From an uncultured Ignavibacteriales bacterium (GTDB taxonomy: Bacteria; Zixibacteria; MSB-5A5; GN15; FEB-12): DNA of 64,000 nt. The stretch is from contig CAZTBP010000013.1 in assembly GCA_964612145.1 (NCBI GenBank), forward strand, positions 1-64,000, in the 5' to 3' direction. Under the pieces are notes generated by a model. That model was not told the DNA's origin and searched no databases. It saw only the letters and a program-made list of their open reading frames with translations. Shown here piece by piece: positions 59,164-64,000 of this stretch (positions are counted from its first letter, which is position 1; each line of letters begins with the position of its first letter). Position numbers and translations under genes: made by a program.

Positions 59164-60063
59164 ATGGCTCTGACCAGACGAAACTTCCTCGGACTCGCCG
59201 CAGCCGGCTCTACCGCCCTGCTGACCGGAAGCAACGCTGCCGGCAGTTCCGAAGAGCCGTTCGACTGCCGCGAAAGCTACGCGGTGCTGGTCGATACTGT
59301 CAACTGCATTGGCTGCCGGAAATGCGAAGCCGCCTGTAGCCGGCAGAACAAACTGAACGCCGGGTCGGAATCCTCTTTTGAAGATAAATCAGTCCTCAAC
59401 CAGCATCGCCGCCCCCACGAAGACGCCTATACTGTCGTCAACCGCTTCAGCAGTCCGGACCACCCCGACAAGTCCTGGACCATGAAAGTCCAGTGCATGC
59501 ACTGTAATCAACCGGCCTGCGTCTCAGCCTGTATCGTAGGGGCGCTCACAAAAACCGAAAACGGACCGGTTGTCTACGACGCCTGGAAATGCATCGGCTG
59601 TCGTTACTGCATGATCGCCTGCCCCTTCCAGATCCCAGCCTACCAGTATCACAACGCACTGGATCCGCAGATCCGCAAATGCACATTCTGCGCCGACCGG
59701 CTCGCCGAGGGCCAGACCCCGGCCTGCGTGAGCATCTGCCCCAACGAAGCGATGATATTCGGGCAGCGTGAGCGCCTGATTGCCGCCGCCCGCGCCCGGA
59801 TCAAGACTTTCCCCGACCGCTACGTGGACCATATCTACGGCGAACATGAAATCGGCGGGACCGCCTGGATGTACCTCGCCCCGATCGACTTCGCCAATAC
59901 CGAACTGCCCAAACTGCCGGTGGAACCGATTCCGGAACGGACCGAGAAAATCCAGCACGGCATTTTCAAGTCCTTTGTACCACCGCTGGCCCTCTACGGC
60001 CTGCTGGGCCTGATCATGCACTCTCTGCGTGACAAACCCGAGGGCGAGGAGGTAGAATCATGA
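59164..60063 (+). CDS. TAT-exported 4Fe-4S ferredoxin-type subunit (NrfC/PsrB/HybA-like electron-transfer subunit)
   Basis: Twin-arginine signal MALTRRNFLGLAAAGSTALLTGSNAAG. Multiple CxxCxxCxxxCP clusters (CIGCRKCEAAC, CMHCNQPACVSAC, CIGCRYCMIACP, CTFCADR...CVSICP). Confidence 0.85.
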   Translation: MALTRRNFLGLAAAGSTALLTGSNAAGSSEEPFDCRESYAVLVDTVNCIGCRKCEAACSRQNKLNAGSESSFEDKSVLNQHRRPHEDAYTVVNRFSSPDHPDKSWTMKVQCMHCNQPACVSACIVGALTKTENGPVVYDAWKCIGCRYCMIACPFQIPAYQYHNALDPQIRKCTFCADRLAEGQTPACVSICPNEAMIFGQRERLIAAARARIKTFPDRYVDHIYGEHEIGGTAWMYLAPIDFANTELPKLPVEPIPERTEKIQHGIFKSFVPPLALYGLLGLIMHSLRDKPEGEEVES

Positions 60064-61334
60064 GCAGCACCCATGTCCACGAAATCCCCGTCCCGATTCG
60101 CACCAAGTTCTTCACCACCGGGACCAAAATTATCTTCGGCGTCATGCTCCTGGGTGTCGCCGCCTATATCTACCGGCTGATTGTCGGCCTGGGCGCTGCC
60201 ACCAACCTCAACGATCAGTACCCCTGGGGGATCTGGATCGCTATTGATGTCGCCTCCGGCGTAGCTTTAGCCGCCGGCGGGTTCACAACCGCAGCCCTGG
60301 CTGATATCTTCCATAAAGAACGCTACCACGTCATCACCCGCCCGGCGCTGCTCACCGCCATGCTCGGCTACACCTTCGTCGTGATCGGCCTGCTGGCCGA
60401 CCTCGGCCGCTACTACAATGTCTGGCACCCCATCATGCCGTCGATGTGGCAGGGCAACTCGGTTCTGTTCGAAGTCGGCCTGTGCGTGATGATCTACCTC
60501 AGCGTCCTCTACATCGAATTCCTCCCCATTATCGTCGAGAAATTCAAGGGCCACGTCAACCTGCCCAAGGGCCTTTCATTCCTCAACCGTGTTATTGAGT
60601 CATGGCTCCACACTGCGCATCAGTTCCTCGGCCGGTTCATCTCCATTTTTATCATCGCCGGCGTAGTACTCTCATGCCTCCACCAGTCCTCGCTGGGTAC
60701 CCTGATGGTTATCGCCCCGACCAAACTCCACCCGCTCTGGTACACCCCCATCTCGCCCCTGCTGTTCTTGCTCTCGGCGATCGCCGTTGGATTCCCGATG
60801 GTCATATTTGAGTCGATTCTCGCCTCGAAATCATTCAAGCTCAAACCCGAAACCGGCATCCTCTCATCTATCGCCCGCTATACGCCGGTCATCCTCGGAA
60901 TCTATTTTGCCATCAAGATCGGCGATATCACCCTGCGCGATGCCTGGCCGTACGTCTGGGCGTTCTCGACCGAATCAATCTTCTGGCACATCGAAATGAT
61001 AGCCGGTGTTCTCCTGCCGGTCGTCATCCTCGCCAGCCCGACCCGGCGCAAATCAATCAAGTGGCTCTTCACCGGCGCCTCGCTGGTCGTCTTTGGAGTG
61101 ATCCTCAACCGGATCAACGTCTTCCTGATCGGTTATGAACCACTCTATCCCAACGGCGGCTACTTCCCATCGATTTTCGAGATCGCCGTCACCCTCGGCC
61201 TCGGTGCCGGCCTGATCCTCGTCTACCGCTGGATCGTCATGACCTTCCCGATCATCTCGGTCCCGACAGACGAGTCCAAACACCCGGTCAGAACTAAACC
61301 CATCGGAAAGCCGACCTACACTGGGACCAAATAA
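60060..61334 (+). CDS. NrfD/PsrC-family polytopic membrane quinol-interacting subunit
   Basis: About 10 TM helices. Length 424 aa. The start overlaps the FeS gene stop (ATGA). This is the typical partner of NrfC-like FeS proteins. Confidence 0.75.
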   Translation: MSSTHVHEIPVPIRTKFFTTGTKIIFGVMLLGVAAYIYRLIVGLGAATNLNDQYPWGIWIAIDVASGVALAAGGFTTAALADIFHKERYHVITRPALLTAMLGYTFVVIGLLADLGRYYNVWHPIMPSMWQGNSVLFEVGLCVMIYLSVLYIEFLPIIVEKFKGHVNLPKGLSFLNRVIESWLHTAHQFLGRFISIFIIAGVVLSCLHQSSLGTLMVIAPTKLHPLWYTPISPLLFLLSAIAVGFPMVIFESILASKSFKLKPETGILSSIARYTPVILGIYFAIKIGDITLRDAWPYVWAFSTESIFWHIEMIAGVLLPVVILASPTRRKSIKWLFTGASLVVFGVILNRINVFLIGYEPLYPNGGYFPSIFEIAVTLGLGAGLILVYRWIVMTFPIISVPTDESKHPVRTKPIGKPTYTGTK

Positions 61335-61335
61335 G

Positions 61336-62493
61336 ATGAAATACACAGCATACATATTCACGTTCGGTTTGACACTCGCGTTGAGCATGATTGGCCCGAT
61401 ATCCGGCTCAAGCACCCAAGACGCGATCCAGGAAGCCACCCACCTGGACTGCTCCCAATGCCACGACTGCCAAGAACCAACACCCGAAGACCCCTGCCTG
61501 AAAGCCTGCCCGACCCATTCCATGACGCGGCAGACCGCCAGCCACGGACTCACCGAGGCCCCGGATAGACTGCTGCTTGACAAGTTGGCCGAACAGTACA
61601 AGCCGGTGTCGTTTAACCATAAACTCCACGCCGAGATGGCCGAAATGGGCTCCGACTGCGCCACCTGTCACCACTACAGTCCGCCGGGACAAATCCCGCC
61701 GTGCGCCGAGTGCCACGACAGTGAGACCAACTCAACCAATCTTCGGCAGCCAAGCCTCAAAGGAGCCTATCACCGCCAGTGCCTCTCCTGCCACCGGGAA
61801 TGGAGCCATGACACCAAGTGCGTCGTCTGCCACCTCCCCGCCGACTTAGCGTCTGCCTCCGCCCAGGACTACGACACCACCGACATCATAGGCGTGCCGC
61901 ACCCGGTCATCCAGGAACCGACCAAAAAGGTCTACCGCACTCCCTACGAACAGGCCCCGATCGTCACCTTCTACCATGAAGAACATATCCACCTCTTTGA
62001 TTTAACCTGCGCCAACTGCCATAAGCAGGAGAATTGCAGCTACTGCCACGACCTGCAGAGAGAATCGCGTACGTCCAAAACGCAGGAAGAAATCCACGCC
62101 ATGTGCGACGGCTGCCACGAAACCGACAACTGCGCCAAATGTCATGACACCAAGCAACGTCCCGGCTTCACCCACTCTGCCTCAGCCTGGACCAAAACCG
62201 AGTACCACCAAGACCTCCCCTGCAGAGGCTGCCACCCGACCGGGAAAAAGATCGGGCATATCGACGGCAACTGCGCCTCCTGCCACGCCGGCTGGAATCC
62301 CGACAACTTCAATCACGCCGTGACCGGATTCCAGCTCGATGAATACCACGTCGAGTTCGACTGCGAGTATTGCCATACAAACCTCGCTTTCACCGAAACA
62401 CCCGACTGCTCCAACTGCCACGACGACGAGCGGACTCACGAGGACGCTCCTCCGGGATACGAAATCGAACCGCTGCAGGCTCACTCAAATTAG
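61336..62493 (+). CDS. Periplasmic multihaem cytochrome c with 13 CxxCH motifs
   Basis: Signal peptide MKYTAYIFTFGLTLALSMIGPISG. CxxCH motifs: CSQCH, CATCH, CAECH, CLSCH, CVVCH, CANCH, CSYCH, CDGCH, CAKCH, CRGCH, CASCH, CEYCH, CSNCH. Confidence 0.85.
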   Translation: MKYTAYIFTFGLTLALSMIGPISGSSTQDAIQEATHLDCSQCHDCQEPTPEDPCLKACPTHSMTRQTASHGLTEAPDRLLLDKLAEQYKPVSFNHKLHAEMAEMGSDCATCHHYSPPGQIPPCAECHDSETNSTNLRQPSLKGAYHRQCLSCHREWSHDTKCVVCHLPADLASASAQDYDTTDIIGVPHPVIQEPTKKVYRTPYEQAPIVTFYHEEHIHLFDLTCANCHKQENCSYCHDLQRESRTSKTQEEIHAMCDGCHETDNCAKCHDTKQRPGFTHSASAWTKTEYHQDLPCRGCHPTGKKIGHIDGNCASCHAGWNPDNFNHAVTGFQLDEYHVEFDCEYCHTNLAFTETPDCSNCHDDERTHEDAPPGYEIEPLQAHSN

Positions 62494-62523
62494 CACACGC
62501 GTTTCCTACAACGTGCGCTTGGC

Positions 62524-62560
62524 GGGCCCCTCGAGACTACCCGAGGGGCCCTTCTCTTTT
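62524..62560 (+). terminator. Strong intrinsic terminator after the cytochrome operon
   Basis: GGGCCCCTCG-agactac-CGAGGGGCCC followed by TTCTCTTTT. Confidence 0.8.
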
Positions 62561-62618
62561 CAGGCGTGAACTTCCCGACGCAAATTCCTGTTCCGATTGC
62601 CAAAGGAGGCCGTGCCAG

Positions 62619-63113
62619 ATGAAACGGAAAAAAATCGAACCCGGCTCGGGACAGGAATCAGTGTGGGATTACCCCCGTCCCCCAGCCCTCGAAGACACCG
62701 GCAGGAACATTAGGATCATATTCAACGGCGTCACCATCGCCCGGACCAATCGGGCCAAACGAGTACTCGAGACCAGCCACCCGCCCGTCTATTACATTCC
62801 CCCACAGGATATCGCGTCCAATGTCCTGGAAGCCGTTCCCGGAACCTCCTGGTGCGAATGGAAAGGCAAGGCTCGCTACTTCAATGTTCGCGTCGGCAAC
62901 TCCGTCGCCGAGCGGGCCGCCTGGTCATACCCGTCGCCCAGCGAACGCTTCGCTTTACTGCGCGACTCTATCGCCTTTTATCCGAGCTGCATGGATGCCT
63001 GTTATGTCGACAGCGAACAGGTCCGGGCCCAGGACGGCGATTTCTACGGCGGCTGGATCACCTCGGACATTGTCGGACCGTTCAAAGGTGGCCCGGACAC
63101 CCTCGGCTGGTAA
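62619..63113 (+). CDS. DUF427-domain protein
   Basis: Start at 62619 (aaaggagg RBS) gives MKRKKIEPGSGQESVWDYPRPPALE...YYIPPQDIASNVLEAVPGTSWCEWKGKARYFNV...SIAFYP, which is DUF427-like. The 249-nt upstream ORF-track extension has no support. Confidence 0.55.
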   Translation: MKRKKIEPGSGQESVWDYPRPPALEDTGRNIRIIFNGVTIARTNRAKRVLETSHPPVYYIPPQDIASNVLEAVPGTSWCEWKGKARYFNVRVGNSVAERAAWSYPSPSERFALLRDSIAFYPSCMDACYVDSEQVRAQDGDFYGGWITSDIVGPFKGGPDTLGW

Positions 63114-63190
63114 GATCGTAGCGCCTCGCCATAGGAAAGGCCCGCTCGCGACTGCGAACAGGCCTTTCTCTATTAAATCACGATAGCTCC

Positions 63191-64000
63191 TTACGGACAC
63201 GGTACCGGCGGCGGACCACCCCTGAAGAGATAGTCGACCAGCGCCGTCAGATCTGAGACATTGACCGTCCCATCACCGTTGACGTCCGCTTCCGGCAGAC
63301 ACGGTGGTGTCGGACCGCCTCGGAAGAGGTAATCGACCAGATTTGTAAGATCAGAGACGTTAAGTGTCCCGTCATGATTAGCGTCTCCCCGCAGTACACA
63401 GCAGGAGGCCCGTGGCACATGCACCAAATACCCATACCCGTTCGTTTCACTGCTGTGAGCTTCGGCCGAATCGACCATGCCGTTAGTCGGATCACTGGTA
63501 CCACTATTCGTCGTCACCCAGCGATCCCAGACATCCGGACTCGCATTATCAAACTGGAACCGGAATGGACTGAAAATAGCGTTCGTGCAGGTCGGATCCC
63601 ACCACGAGACATACCAGTCCGTGCCAACCTTATGGACCGCATGTGTCCAGCCGACCGGCTCAACCCAGTTACTATAATTGCCGGCAATACTGTCATGCGT
63701 GCGAACGTGGAAATCACACCGTCCCGTACCACCGCCCGGCGTCACATCATACCAGTACGTCGGCGGATGCGTAGGATTAGTTCCGCCCTGCGGCTCACAT
63801 TCAACCTTATCAGCCGTGTCCGGGCATATCACCAGGGCCGCCTCGATCACCGGGTATACAACTCCGCCGCCCCACGGCGCGTAGTCGGTACCCCGGTTCA
63901 TCCCGAGGAAATTGCCGAGGATATTCGCATTGTACGGGTAATTGATCACCTCCACCGGACCGGTCATACCCGGCAGCGTCATCACCTGGCACTGATACGG
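63191..64000 (-). CDS. Secreted protein with a C-terminal tandem dockerin-like module. The N-terminus may run off the window end.
   Basis: C-terminus GDANHDGTLNVSDLTNLVDYLFRGGPTPPCLPEADVNGDGTVNVSDLTALVDYLFRGGPPPVPCP. The reading frame is open to the window edge. Confidence 0.6.
   Translation of the reverse strand, partial: PYQCQVMTLPGMTGPVEVINYPYNANILGNFLGMNRGTDYAPWGGGVVYPVIEAALVICPDTADKVECEPQGGTNPTHPPTYWYDVTPGGGTGRCDFHVRTHDSIAGNYSNWVEPVGWTHAVHKVGTDWYVSWWDPTCTNAIFSPFRFQFDNASPDVWDRWVTTNSGTSDPTNGMVDSAEAHSSETNGYGYLVHVPRASCCVLRGDANHDGTLNVSDLTNLVDYLFRGGPTPPCLPEADVNGDGTVNVSDLTALVDYLFRGGPPPVPCP

Noticed and set aside
62370-62618. N-terminal extension of the DUF427 ORF
   Set aside because: It overlaps the cytochrome gene 3' end and terminator. 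The ATG at 62619 has an AAAGGAGG RBS and starts the conserved domain.
63122-63190. Possible hairpin AAAGGCC...GGCCTTT after the DUF427 gene
   Set aside because: It is a 7-bp stem with an 18-nt loop and no convincing U-tract, so it is too weak to call a terminator.

Overview
This is a 64-kb bacterial window of about 60% GC. It is most likely from an FCB-superphylum organism, because it carries a short Bacteroidota-type primary sigma factor and several secreted proteins with T9SS C-terminal sorting domains. Coding density is high on both strands. The left ~12 kb (1-12015) has visibly lower GC and ends at a tyrosine integrase next to tRNA-Leu(CAG), so I read it as an integrated island whose far end is not in the window. 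Its cargo is the most unusual locus here: a dedicated GrpE, a lidless HscC-like Hsp70, a protein fusing a degenerate J-like domain to a vWA (MIDAS) domain, a 716-aa membrane protein with two near-identical TerB-like repeats and a C-terminal PA-IL/LecA-type lectin domain, a PEGA lipoprotein and a 48-aa DnaJ-type zinc-finger mini-protein that the ORF track does not list. The core region (12-64 kb) encodes rpoD/sigA, two HtrA/DegP loci, a folB-folK-dNK-panB cluster, a family-1 encapsulin with an EncFtn cargo, a Hanks kinase, an ECF sigma with DUF4097 partners, a 1117-aa TSP3-repeat protein, and an M43 metalloprotease. Four secreted proteins, one of them an extracellular multihaem cytochrome, share a C-terminal tandem dockerin-like module. 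A CRP/FNR-type site lies upstream of a TAT-FeS / NrfD / 13-haem cytochrome c operon. Several strong intrinsic terminators are visible. Many ORF-track entries on the opposite strand of real genes are high-GC or repeat artefacts and were rejected.
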